Shown piece after piece: positions 8,851 through 18,135 of a stretch of 64,000 nucleotides of DNA. The notes under the pieces were generated by a model that had not been told where the DNA came from, ran no database searches, and saw only the letters and a list, made by a program, of their open reading frames with translations. This DNA is from Phycisphaerae bacterium (GTDB lineage: Bacteria > Planctomycetota > Phycisphaerae > UBA1845 > DATKUK01), in NCBI GenBank assembly GCA_035530655.1, contig DATKUK010000098.1, forward strand, positions 4,652 to 68,651, written 5' to 3'. Within the stretch, counting starts at the first letter, position 1; every line of letters begins with the position of its first letter. A program made the position numbers and the translations under genes.

Positions 8851-11565
8851 TTACGCGCTGCGCAGTGCCTCGACCACGTTGCCGCGCGCAGCCGAGGCGG
8901 TCGGCACGAGCCCAGCCGCCAAGCACGCGCCGATCGTCAGGGCGATGCCGGCGGCAATCCAGTTCCACGGAATCTGGAGGATGGGCTCGAACCCGAACAG
9001 TCGATAGTCCAAATGATTGGACACGGCTGCCATGTACAGGCCCAACACCACACCCATCAGCGAGCCGATCATCCCCAGGCAGATCGCCTCGCCCAGCACC
9101 ATGCGGACGACCTGCCACCGCGTCATGCCCACAGCCCGCAGGATGGCGATTTGCCGCCTGCGACTGGTGATATTGGCCATCATGCCGTTGGCCACACCCA
9201 GTGCGGCGATCATCAAGGCGATGGCCGCCGCGAACACAAGCCACAGAATCCCGCGGCGGAAGTCCTGCTCGATCAGCAACTTCAACTGCCTCGCCGAAAG
9301 CGACACATACCCGATGCCCTTCCGCAGGAAGTAGGAGAAGCTGAACTCGCTGGCGCCCAAGGCCGGCTGCTCGGCCGCTTCGCCCAGGCCCATGCGCCGG
9401 GCCATCTCCGCTATCACCGCCTGTTCATGCCGTCGACGTTGGGCCGGATCCATCTGGTCGCGGTTGCTGAAGTTGAACAGCACCAGATTGGACAGCCGTG
9501 TCCCGAACATCCGTTCGCACTCCTGCCGCGTGGTGATCATCGCGCCGACGGCCCGTCGCTGGTACGCCGTCCGCTGATCGAAGAAATCGGTCGCCACGTC
9601 GATGCCCGGCGAGTCGACGACGCCGACGATCCGCAGCCGGTGCTCGCGCCCGCCGTAGCCGATGAGCGCCACGTCGTCTCCTACACCCTTGCCGAACATG
9701 TTGGTGAACTCTTTGGCCACCACGATGGCACCGCCCTCCGCCAGGGCGCGCATCGCCTGTTCGGCGTTGCCGGAGAGGAACCGGAACTCCACCAGTTCGT
9801 CGAAGCTGTCCTGGTCGATACCCACCAGGTGAACCATAGGCTCCGAGCGGAACAGGCGCCAGATGCCGTCCACCTTCTCCCGTGCCTGGCCGGCCATCTC
9901 CGCCGGAATCGTCGTGACGGCCGTGAGAGCCGCAATCCCCTCGGTTTGGCGGGCCATCTCAATCTGCGGCTCGTCCAGGGCGTCGAACGACCACAGCAGC
10001 GCGTCGGGGAACTTCCGCGGAAACTGCCACCCGGCGATGATGCTTTCGGTGTTGGTCAGCAGGTTGATCATGAACGCCAGGCCCACCATGATCGCGCAGC
10101 AGATTGCGGCGTTGCGCCACCCGCTGCGCCCGAACTGGTCGATGAGCAACTGCCTTGGCATCCGAAGCGCCGCCGACAGCGGCACGGCCGCCAGCGACGA
10201 CAGGCAGCGGATCAGAATCGGCGCAATCAGTACGCACCCCGCCACCAGCACCGGGAATCCAAGCAACACGAACAGCCTGAGCGCGGCGAACGGCTCGATG
10301 GGCGCGAACGCCATCGCCGCCTGAGCGGCCAGACACAACAGGCCGATCCCACCCGCCGCCCAGTCCAGCCATGCTCTGGGCGAGACCGACCGAGGCCGTG
10401 TCGCCGTCATGGGTGAGACGCCCGAGGCCATCGTCGCCGGGATCGCCGCGGCCAGAAGCGTCGCAGCCAGTCCGCCCCAGCCGGCGAAGTGCAGCCCGCG
10501 CACGCTCAGATACCAGCCCCCGAACAAATGCTCGTACCAGAGTACTGCCAGTTTGCTTGCGGCGATGCCCAAGGCCATTCCCAGGCCAATACCTACGATG
10601 CCGATCGGCAGTGCTTCCAGCAACACCATAACCGCGACCTGCCCCCGCGTCGCGCCCACGCAGCGCAGCATGCCCAGTTGCACCATGCGCTCTACCACGC
10701 CCATGTTCAGCGCCGAAAAGATCACGAACACCGCCGCCAGCAGCGCGCAGATGCTGTTGAAGGACAGGATCAGGTTCAGCAGGCGCATGCCGTCATTGAT
10801 GTGCCGCAGCTTCGATTCGCTGGTGTCGATCGACAGATCGGCCGGTAGACGGCCACGCAGATCGTCTACGGCTGCACGCACCGAGGCGTCGGGCGCCAGC
10901 AACACGTCAATCGTATGAATCTTGTCGGCTGAGTACGTGATCTGCTGAAGTCGCGCGAGCGTCACGTACCCCTTGCTCCGCTGAAACATGCCGAGTTTCG
11001 GGCTGATCACCGTGCCGACGAGATCCAGCTCGATGCGCCGACCCGTGCCGTCCTCGATCGTCACCGGCTCGCCCACCCGTACTCCGAGCCCGGCGGCCAG
11101 GTCCGACTGGAGGACGATCGCGTCGACATCGCCGGGCCGTAGGTTTTGGCCGGCAGCAAGCTTGTACCCGCGCAATCGGTACTCGACGGACGGATCGACG
11201 CCGTAGCAGTCGAATGGCACCCGCCCCTCCAACGGCACCAATTCTTCATGGGCGAACGGCCGCTTGATCCCCGTAATCCAGAATCGACTCCGCGGTGCCG
11301 CTGCCGCCACCTCCGGCGCCTGGTTGACCAGATCGAGGGTCGATTCGTCAATCAGGGCGACCGAACCCAGCCGGTGTTCGACGTGAATCTGACTGCGGCC
11401 CAGCCAGCTCAGGATCCAGTTGGTCACCGACGCGCGCAGCGACTCGTAGCAGCAACTGACCGCCACCACCAGTGCGACGCCCAGGGTCACGGCGAGGACC
11501 GATGTGGCGGTCCGTCCGGGGCTAACCCGCCAGTTCCTGGTAGCGATTTGAGACCAGTGTCGCAT
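8851..11565 (-). CDS. ABC transporter permease, MacB/FtsX type with two FtsX-like membrane modules
   Basis: 904 aa. N-terminal ...RNWRVSPGRTATSVLAVTLGVALVV is typical of FtsX/MacB permeases. Two hydrophobic 4-TM blocks are separated by large soluble domains. Confidence 0.8.
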   Translation of the reverse strand: MRHWSQIATRNWRVSPGRTATSVLAVTLGVALVVAVSCCYESLRASVTNWILSWLGRSQIHVEHRLGSVALIDESTLDLVNQAPEVAAAAPRSRFWITGIKRPFAHEELVPLEGRVPFDCYGVDPSVEYRLRGYKLAAGQNLRPGDVDAIVLQSDLAAGLGVRVGEPVTIEDGTGRRIELDLVGTVISPKLGMFQRSKGYVTLARLQQITYSADKIHTIDVLLAPDASVRAAVDDLRGRLPADLSIDTSESKLRHINDGMRLLNLILSFNSICALLAAVFVIFSALNMGVVERMVQLGMLRCVGATRGQVAVMVLLEALPIGIVGIGLGMALGIAASKLAVLWYEHLFGGWYLSVRGLHFAGWGGLAATLLAAAIPATMASGVSPMTATRPRSVSPRAWLDWAAGGIGLLCLAAQAAMAFAPIEPFAALRLFVLLGFPVLVAGCVLIAPILIRCLSSLAAVPLSAALRMPRQLLIDQFGRSGWRNAAICCAIMVGLAFMINLLTNTESIIAGWQFPRKFPDALLWSFDALDEPQIEMARQTEGIAALTAVTTIPAEMAGQAREKVDGIWRLFRSEPMVHLVGIDQDSFDELVEFRFLSGNAEQAMRALAEGGAIVVAKEFTNMFGKGVGDDVALIGYGGREHRLRIVGVVDSPGIDVATDFFDQRTAYQRRAVGAMITTRQECERMFGTRLSNLVLFNFSNRDQMDPAQRRRHEQAVIAEMARRMGLGEAAEQPALGASEFSFSYFLRKGIGYVSLSARQLKLLIEQDFRRGILWLVFAAAIALMIAALGVANGMMANITSRRRQIAILRAVGMTRWQVVRMVLGEAICLGMIGSLMGVVLGLYMAAVSNHLDYRLFGFEPILQIPWNWIAAGIALTIGACLAAGLVPTASAARGNVVEALRSA

Positions 11566-12262
11566 CGCCGCTTCCTGCCGGCTCGATCGAGCCGACCAAC
11601 TTGCCGTCGCGCAGCACGTAGATGCGATCGGCTTGGGCCGCCGCGGCCGCCTCGTGCGAAACCATCACCACAGTCTTGCCCATCTCGTCGGCCAGCCGAC
11701 GCAGGAGGCGCCAGATCTCAACGGCGTTCGTCGAATCGAGATTGCCGGTCGGTTCGTCGGCCAGGATAACAGCCGGGTCGTTCAGCAGCGCCCGCCCAAT
11801 GGCCACCCGTTGCCGTTCGCCGCCCGACATGGCGTCGGGACGATGGCTCGCGCGGTTCCCCAGATGGACCAACTCGATCAGCTCGTCGGCGCGGCGACGA
11901 ATCTCCGCCTTGGGCGCCCCGTCGATCAGAAGAGGCAACACCACGTTCTCGCGAGCCGTCAGCGAGGGCAAGAGGTTGTAGTCCTGGAAGATGATCCCCA
12001 GTCGACGACGGCGAAAGAGCGTCCGCTCGCGGTCGCTGAGGGCGCTCAGATCGTGCCCCTCCACCCATACGCTGCCGCCGCTGGGCACGTCGAGCCCGCC
12101 CGCAAGGTGCAGCAACGTGCTCTTGCCCGAGCCGCTGGCGCCCATGACGGCGACAAACTCGCCCTTGCCCACCGAGAGCGAAACGCCCCGCAAGGCGCGG
12201 ACCACCTCCGATCCGGCGCGGTAGTCCTTACTGAGCTCGCGAATGTCCAGCACCATTGGCAT
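11522..12262 (-). CDS. ABC transporter ATP-binding protein (MacB/LolD type)
   Basis: Start moved to ATG 12262 (MPMVLDIRELSKDY). Walker A GASGSGKST, signature MSGGERQRVAIGRAL, Walker B ILADEPTGNLD. The 3' end overlaps the permease start by 44 nt. Confidence 0.85.
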   Translation of the reverse strand: MPMVLDIRELSKDYRAGSEVVRALRGVSLSVGKGEFVAVMGASGSGKSTLLHLAGGLDVPSGGSVWVEGHDLSALSDRERTLFRRRRLGIIFQDYNLLPSLTARENVVLPLLIDGAPKAEIRRRADELIELVHLGNRASHRPDAMSGGERQRVAIGRALLNDPAVILADEPTGNLDSTNAVEIWRLLRRLADEMGKTVVMVSHEAAAAAQADRIYVLRDGKLVGSIEPAGSGDATLVSNRYQELAG

Positions 12263-12412
12263 ACGACCCGCAAAGCTTACCACCGGTCGGGACGATCCGC
12301 CAATTCCCTCGCCTCGACCGTACAGCGCACGCCAAGCCGATTTGTCAGGGGTCTCGTGGCCACCTATAATCGGCGGCCTGGAAACGATACCTCGGTTCAA
12401 CGCAACCCAGTC

Positions 12413-13282
12413 ATGAAGATCGTTGCCACAGCAGACCTCCACTACAACATCGCGCGCAGCAAACAGTCCGCCGAGCAACTTGCCGGTGAGCTTATCGAGA
12501 TCGCACCCGACGTTCTGATCCTCGTGGGCGACCTGGCGGGCAAGCGCCTGGACGTGCTGGCACACTGCTTTGCCCTATTCGAGCCGCTGGGATGTCCCCG
12601 ACTTTACGTACCCGGCAACCACGAGCTTTGGGCCCTTCCCGGGCAGGACTCGCTGGACCGCTACGAACGTCTCCTGCCGCAGACCTGCCGCGATTGCGGT
12701 GTACACTACCTCGACGCCGCACCGTTCGTCCTCAACCGCATCGCCTTCGTCGGGAACGTTGGCTGGTATGACTATTCGTTCCAGTCTCGGCGTCTGCACG
12801 TGCCGGAGCGATTCTACCGGGCCAAGGTTGCACCCGGCGCCGCCAGGGCCCTGCCCCAATACCGCCATCTCGTCGAGGGCTGCGACGATCTGGGCGACGG
12901 ACTGCTACAGATTTCGACCAGATGGATGGACGGCGTCCATGTAACCATGGACCTGGATGACAGGCAGTTTCTTTCCCACCTGATCGATCGCATGACCAGG
13001 CACCTGTCCGAAGCCGCTTCGCAGGCCGATCAGATCGTCGCGGCCGTTCATCATCTTCCCTTCGTCGAACTCGTGCGGTATACGGACCGGGACAACTGGG
13101 AATTCGCCAACGCCTACATGGGCAGCGGACGTCTCGGCGAAGCACTGCTGGCCGAGCCGAAGGTCCGCTACGTCTTCTGCGGCCACAGTCATCTAGCTGG
13201 ACGGGTGACCAAGGAGCATCTGACGTGCATCAACATCGGTTCAACCTACACCCACAAACGCTACGAGTTGCTCGAACTGTGA
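12413..13282 (+). CDS. Metallophosphoesterase (calcineurin-like)
   Basis: Real start is ATG 12413 (MKIVATADLHYN). The motifs DLH, GDLAG, GNHE and GHSH occur in order. The upstream part of track ORF 11633..13282 is antisense to the ABC ATPase. Confidence 0.8.
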   Translation: MKIVATADLHYNIARSKQSAEQLAGELIEIAPDVLILVGDLAGKRLDVLAHCFALFEPLGCPRLYVPGNHELWALPGQDSLDRYERLLPQTCRDCGVHYLDAAPFVLNRIAFVGNVGWYDYSFQSRRLHVPERFYRAKVAPGAARALPQYRHLVEGCDDLGDGLLQISTRWMDGVHVTMDLDDRQFLSHLIDRMTRHLSEAASQADQIVAAVHHLPFVELVRYTDRDNWEFANAYMGSGRLGEALLAEPKVRYVFCGHSHLAGRVTKEHLTCINIGSTYTHKRYELLEL

Positions 13283-14661
13283 TCGACGCTTCGCCTGCCG
13301 GGCGTACAGCAACGGCTGTGCCACTGCTGCTGGCGGCGGGCCTGGTGACCCTCGTTGCGACCCGGGCCTGGTCCGTCGACGCCGAGCCGGACCCACGCAG
13401 CATGCGACGCACCCGCGTCGTGGAAGTGTTTGAGGCCACCCGCGACGCCGTGGTCAACATCTCGGCCACCCGCATCCTCGAAGAGCGCTCGCGCTTCGGC
13501 GATCTCTTTGACGAGATCTTCCCCAGGCAACTGGTGCCGCGTCGACGCTACCGGATCCAGAGTGCAGGCAGCGGCTTCGTGATCCACAAGGCCGGCTACA
13601 TCATCACCAACGCCCACGTCGTCGCACGGACGCAGGATCCGAAGGTGATCTTCGCCGACAAGCGCGAGTACGACGCGCGACTGATCGCCGCCGACCAGGA
13701 TCACGACCTGGCGGTGCTGAAGATCGAGGCCGACAAACCTCTGCCCCACCTCAAGCTTGGCCGAAGCGATGACCTGATGGTGGGCGAGACGGTAATCGCC
13801 ATCGGCAACCCGTTCGGATACGAGAACACCGTCACGGCGGGAATCATCAGCGCCCTCGATCGCCAGCTCGTCTTTGCCGGCGACCAGGGCGAGGTGACCT
13901 ACCGCGGGCTGATCCAGACCGACGCAGCCATCAATCCAGGCAACTCGGGTGGGCCGCTGCTCAACGTGCTGGGCGAGCTGGTCGGGATCAATTCGGCCAT
14001 TCGTGGCGACGCCGAGAACATGGGGTTTGCCATACCGGTGAATCAACTGCGGGCTTTGCTGCCCAACATCCTTAGTCCCGAGCAGCTCCATCGGGTGCAG
14101 GTGGGCATGCGCGTCCGGGGGCAAAGCAAGGCTCTCGTGGTGGAGGTGCTTGCCGACAGTCCCGCCGCCGAGGCCCAGGTCCGCCCCGGCGACCATCTGC
14201 TGACCATCGATCAAACACGCCTGGCCGACGCGCTCGACTTCTACTTCGAGATGCTGGACAAACGCGCCGGCCAGACCGTCGCCATCGAACTCATGCGCGA
14301 CGGTGAAAAACGCATCGCCCAACTCGAACTCCGCCCCGTGCCCAAGCCCGACGGAGCCGCCCTGGCGCGCCGGCGTATCGGGATCACGCTCGACGAACTG
14401 GCCCCGAGCGATGCGGCCCGTCTAGGCCTCGGCACAGAGGGCGCGCTGGTCATCAGCGAGGTGGAACGCGGCTCGCCTGCCGACCGAGCCGACATGTATC
14501 GCGGCGACGTGTTGTGGCAGCTGGGAAGCTATCGCGTCAGCAACCTGGACGAGGTGGGTCAGATCCTCAAGGACACCCAGAGCGGCGACGTCATCTATAT
14601 ACGCATCGTGCGCCTCAGCGGAATCGCGCATTTTTTGCGGGGTACGATCAAACTGCGCTAG
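13279..14661 (+). CDS. HtrA/DegP-family serine protease with PDZ domains
   Basis: Trypsin-like core with TNAHVV, DLAVLKI and GNSGGPL, followed by two PDZ-like segments. Start ambiguous: GTG 13279 overlaps the upstream stop as GTGA, or GTG 13225. Confidence 0.85.
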   Translation: MIDASPAGRTATAVPLLLAAGLVTLVATRAWSVDAEPDPRSMRRTRVVEVFEATRDAVVNISATRILEERSRFGDLFDEIFPRQLVPRRRYRIQSAGSGFVIHKAGYIITNAHVVARTQDPKVIFADKREYDARLIAADQDHDLAVLKIEADKPLPHLKLGRSDDLMVGETVIAIGNPFGYENTVTAGIISALDRQLVFAGDQGEVTYRGLIQTDAAINPGNSGGPLLNVLGELVGINSAIRGDAENMGFAIPVNQLRALLPNILSPEQLHRVQVGMRVRGQSKALVVEVLADSPAAEAQVRPGDHLLTIDQTRLADALDFYFEMLDKRAGQTVAIELMRDGEKRIAQLELRPVPKPDGAALARRRIGITLDELAPSDAARLGLGTEGALVISEVERGSPADRADMYRGDVLWQLGSYRVSNLDEVGQILKDTQSGDVIYIRIVRLSGIAHFLRGTIKLR

Positions 14662-14684
14662 CCGAATCGGATGAACCCCCCGGC

Positions 14685-15824
14685 ATGAAGATTCTCATCG
14701 CAGCCGACAGCTTCAAGGGCGCCCTGCCCGCACAGAGCGTATGCCAGGCCATTGCAGAGGGACTGCGCGACGTCTGGCCCGACGCCGAGATCGAACTGGT
14801 CCCCATGGCCGATGGTGGCGAAGGAACGGTGCAGGCCTTGGTGTCGGCCACCGGGGGAGTGGAACGGTCAGCCACCGTCCGCAGGCCGTTACAGGGCGAG
14901 TTGTCTGCCTGTTTCGGTCTGCTGGGGGATGGGAAGACGGCCGTCATCGAGATGGCAGCCGCCTCCGGCCTGCCGCTCGTGCCGCCCGAACAGCGCGACC
15001 CGCTGCGAACCACAACGTTCGGCACGGGCCAGTTGATCCAAGCCGCACTGGATTGCGGCGCCCGGCGGTTGATCATCGGCATCGGCGGCAGCGCCACCGT
15101 CGACGGCGGCGTCGGATGTGCCCAGGCTGTGGGGGTTAAGTTTTTCGACGCGCAGGAACGTCTGCTGCCGGACGGATTGGCCGGCGGCGATTTGCCGCGA
15201 ATCGCCCGCATCGACGGGTCGCAGGCCCTCGCCCGCCTCCAGACGGTGCGAATTCTCGTCGCCTGCGACGTGAGCAACCCGCTGTGCGGGCCCGACGGCG
15301 CGGCAGCCGTGTTCGGGCCGCAGAAAGGGGCAACTCCCCAGATGGTCGAACAGCTCGATGCAGGACTGAGCCATCTGGCGGAGCTGATCCGTCGCGATCT
15401 GGATCGTTCGATCGCCGACCTGCCCGGCGCCGGGGCGGCGGGTGGACTGGGCGCCGGCCTGGTCGCCTTCTGCGGCGCCCAGCTCAAGCCGGGTGTCGAT
15501 ATCGTCATGGAGCAACTGCGGCTCGCCGAGCGGATGGACGGCTGCGATCTCGTGATCACCGGCGAGGGCCAACTCGACGCCCAGAGCGTGATGGGAAAGA
15601 CCGTCAGCGGCGTTGGGCAGCTCGCACGGAAACTGGGCGTGCCCGTCGTCGCACTGGCTGGCTCGATCGGACCGGACGCATGCCTCGCCCTAAACGTCGT
15701 CGATGCATACTTGTGCATACTCGACGGGCCCATGAGCCTTTCGCACGCCATGGACGGCACGGCTGCGATGCTGCGGGCAACGGCGGCCAACCTCGCTCGC
15801 GTTTGGTCCGTCGCCCGGGCATAA
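14685..15824 (+). CDS. glxK: Glycerate kinase
   Basis: MKILIAADSFKGAL...MADGGEGT...IGIGGSATVDGG...ITGEGQLDAQS are canonical glycerate kinase motifs. Start is ATG 14685. Confidence 0.85.
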   Translation: MKILIAADSFKGALPAQSVCQAIAEGLRDVWPDAEIELVPMADGGEGTVQALVSATGGVERSATVRRPLQGELSACFGLLGDGKTAVIEMAAASGLPLVPPEQRDPLRTTTFGTGQLIQAALDCGARRLIIGIGGSATVDGGVGCAQAVGVKFFDAQERLLPDGLAGGDLPRIARIDGSQALARLQTVRILVACDVSNPLCGPDGAAAVFGPQKGATPQMVEQLDAGLSHLAELIRRDLDRSIADLPGAGAAGGLGAGLVAFCGAQLKPGVDIVMEQLRLAERMDGCDLVITGEGQLDAQSVMGKTVSGVGQLARKLGVPVVALAGSIGPDACLALNVVDAYLCILDGPMSLSHAMDGTAAMLRATAANLARVWSVARA

Positions 15825-15858
15825 TGTTTAATCGCACGGATTCGCTGGGAGCGAACGG

Positions 15859-17139
15859 ATGGATTACTTTCGGTTTCGCCAGGGACAACTCCACTGTGAG
15901 CAGGTGCCGGTCGAACAACTCGTCGCCCGGTTCGGCACGCCGCTGTACGTCTATTCGCAGACGACGCTGGCCGAGCACTACGACCGGATCGCCACGGCCT
16001 TTCGCGACCTGCATCCGACGATCTGCTTTTCGATCAAGAGTTGCCAGAACGTTCACATCTGCCGTGTGCTCGCCGGGCGTGGGGCCGGCTTCGACGTGGT
16101 CAGCGGCGGCGAACTGGCGCGAGCTCTGCAAGCCGGCGCCGATCCGGCCAGGATCGTCTTCGCCGGCGTGGGCAAGACCGACGTGGAGATCAACCAAGCC
16201 ATTGACGCGGGCATCGGATGGTTCAACGTCGAGTCGGAAGCCGAGCTGGCCAACCTGGCGGAGATCGCCGCCGGGCGTAGTGCACAGGTCCGCGCCGCCC
16301 TTCGTGTCAATCCCGATGTCGACCCGGACACGCACGCCTACACCACGACGGGCAAGAAGGAGACGAAGTTCGGCATCGATCTGGATCGCGCCGGCGACGT
16401 GTTTGCCCGCTTCGGGCGGAACACGTCGGTCCTGCTGCGGGGGCTGCACCTGCATATCGGCTCGCCGGTCAACACCGTGGCGCCCTACAAACAGTCGGTT
16501 GAGAAGGCCCTCGCGCTCATCGATCAACTGCGTCGCGACGGGTTCGACATCGAGGCCATTAACATCGGCGGCGGCTTCGGCGCATACTACCTGGGCGAAG
16601 AGGCGCCAAGCGCCACCGAATATGCATCGGCCATCGTACCGCTGCTTGAGGGCAGGCAGTTACGAGTGCTGATGGAGCCCGGGCGATCCATCGCCGCCAA
16701 CGCGGGCATCCTGGTGACCCGTGTGCTCTATCTGAAGCGTTCCGGCTCGCGGCAGTTCGTGATCGTCGACGCGGGCATGAACGATCTGATTCGCCCGGCC
16801 CTGTACGGGGCATTTCATTTCATTTGGCCGGTGAGCCCGTCAGACGACTTCGCCGTCGAAAGCCGCCAGGCCGATCTGCGCATGCCCGGCACGCTCGAGG
16901 TCGACGTGGTCGGACCGGTGTGCGAGACGGGCGACTTTCTCGGCAAGGGTCGACACCTACCGCCCATCCAGCGCGGCGATCTGCTGGCCATCTTCAGTGC
17001 CGGCGCGTACGGCATGGTCATGTCCAGTCAGTACAACTCGCGGCCTCGCGCCGCGGAAGTCCTCGTCCACGACGATGACGTCAGGCTGATCCGCCGCCGC
17101 GAGACCTACGACGACCTGCTTGCGCCCGAGCGGGTTTGA
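15859..17139 (+). CDS. lysA: Diaminopimelate decarboxylase
   Basis: 426 aa. Fold-III PLP decarboxylase: FSIKSCQN (PLP Lys), HLHIGS, EPGRSIAANAG, VVGPVCETGD. Confidence 0.9.
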   Translation: MDYFRFRQGQLHCEQVPVEQLVARFGTPLYVYSQTTLAEHYDRIATAFRDLHPTICFSIKSCQNVHICRVLAGRGAGFDVVSGGELARALQAGADPARIVFAGVGKTDVEINQAIDAGIGWFNVESEAELANLAEIAAGRSAQVRAALRVNPDVDPDTHAYTTTGKKETKFGIDLDRAGDVFARFGRNTSVLLRGLHLHIGSPVNTVAPYKQSVEKALALIDQLRRDGFDIEAINIGGGFGAYYLGEEAPSATEYASAIVPLLEGRQLRVLMEPGRSIAANAGILVTRVLYLKRSGSRQFVIVDAGMNDLIRPALYGAFHFIWPVSPSDDFAVESRQADLRMPGTLEVDVVGPVCETGDFLGKGRHLPPIQRGDLLAIFSAGAYGMVMSSQYNSRPRAAEVLVHDDDVRLIRRRETYDDLLAPERV

Positions 17140-17458
17140 TGCCGCGACTGTGGTCCGTGACGCAATTCTGGGGACGCACAGCCTGGGTCGGTGGCCCGCT
17201 GGGATGGCTTTACGTGCTCGGGTGTTTCTGCGGGCGGGTGCCCTGGGGCTTTTCGACCCGCCAGCGCGATTCGCCAGTCGTTCGCACAATGAGCCGACGG
17301 GTACCGCTGGGGTGCGCAGCGGCACAAGTAACGCGGCGGCCGCAGCCGGCGCGCGCACCCACCGTCCGGGTCACCCCTTGGTGGCACGACCCGGTTAGCG
17401 CCCGCCGCTGGGCGCTTCTTCTCTCAGAGCAGGAAATAATTCAGCTGTCGATCCGAGT

Positions 17459-17797
17459 CTACCAGCGCCGCCCGCGCCCGCCGCCGGACCCGCCACCGGG
17501 CCCGCCGCGTCCGCGCCCGCCACCGCCACCGCCACCGCCACCGCCACGGCTGGTCTTGGGTCGCGCTTCGTTGACGGTGAGGGCCCGTCCGGCGATCTCT
17601 TTGCCGTTAAGGCCGTCTATCGCGGCCTTGGCTGCCGCCGAGTCGGACATCTCGACAAACCCGAAGCCGCGGAGACGGCCGGTTTCGCGATCGGTGATCA
17701 GGTTGACACTGTCCACGTCACCATACTCGGCGAACAGTTGTCTTACCTCCTCCTCGGTTGCCTCGTACGAGAGGTTACCCACATAAATATTGGCCAT
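17459..17797 (-). CDS. RRM-type RNA-binding protein with Gly/Arg-rich tail
   Basis: ATG 17797 with GGAGA RBS. RNP2 IYVGNL and RNP1 RGFGFVEM. The C-terminal tail is GGGGGGGGGGRGRGGPGGGSGGGRGRRW. Confidence 0.9.
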   Translation of the reverse strand: MANIYVGNLSYEATEEEVRQLFAEYGDVDSVNLITDRETGRLRGFGFVEMSDSAAAKAAIDGLNGKEIAGRALTVNEARPKTSRGGGGGGGGGGRGRGGPGGGSGGGRGRRW

Positions 17798-17903
17798 GGC
17801 ACGATCTCCTGCCGTGTTGACTGATTCGAGGGCTAACCGAGGTGTGGCAACGTCGCCATCAGAACGGACCCCAGCGCAAACCGTCGGACAGTCGAACCCC
17901 CAT

Positions 17904-17932
17904 ACAATAGGCCGACCGGACGGCGCTGTCAA
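17904..17932 (-). promoter_or_regulatory. Putative strong sigma70-type promoter of the RRM gene
   Basis: Minus strand TTGACA (17932..17927), a 17-nt spacer, TATTGT (17909..17904). This would give a leader of about 100 nt. Confidence 0.45.
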
Positions 17933-18135
17933 ACGGGCATGCCCCGCCGCACCTTTGGCGGCGGAACGCGGCCGCCCGAAGTTAAGGCCCCCCGTAACCG
18001 TTGCCGATTGCCCGGGGTTGTACTTGCAGGCTCTGCCAGCCGGCTGCCGCCATCCGGTCTGTAGTAACTGTGGTTGCTCTGAGCCCGTGGTCTTGCAGCA
18101 CGCCAGGACGTGTCGACCGGCATGCAACGGCGGGT

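Noticed and set aside
17136-17786. 216-aa plus-strand ORF with a poly-proline run
   Set aside because: The PPPPPPPP stretch is simply the reverse reading of the Gly/Arg-rich tail (GGN repeats) of the RRM protein gene on the minus strand.
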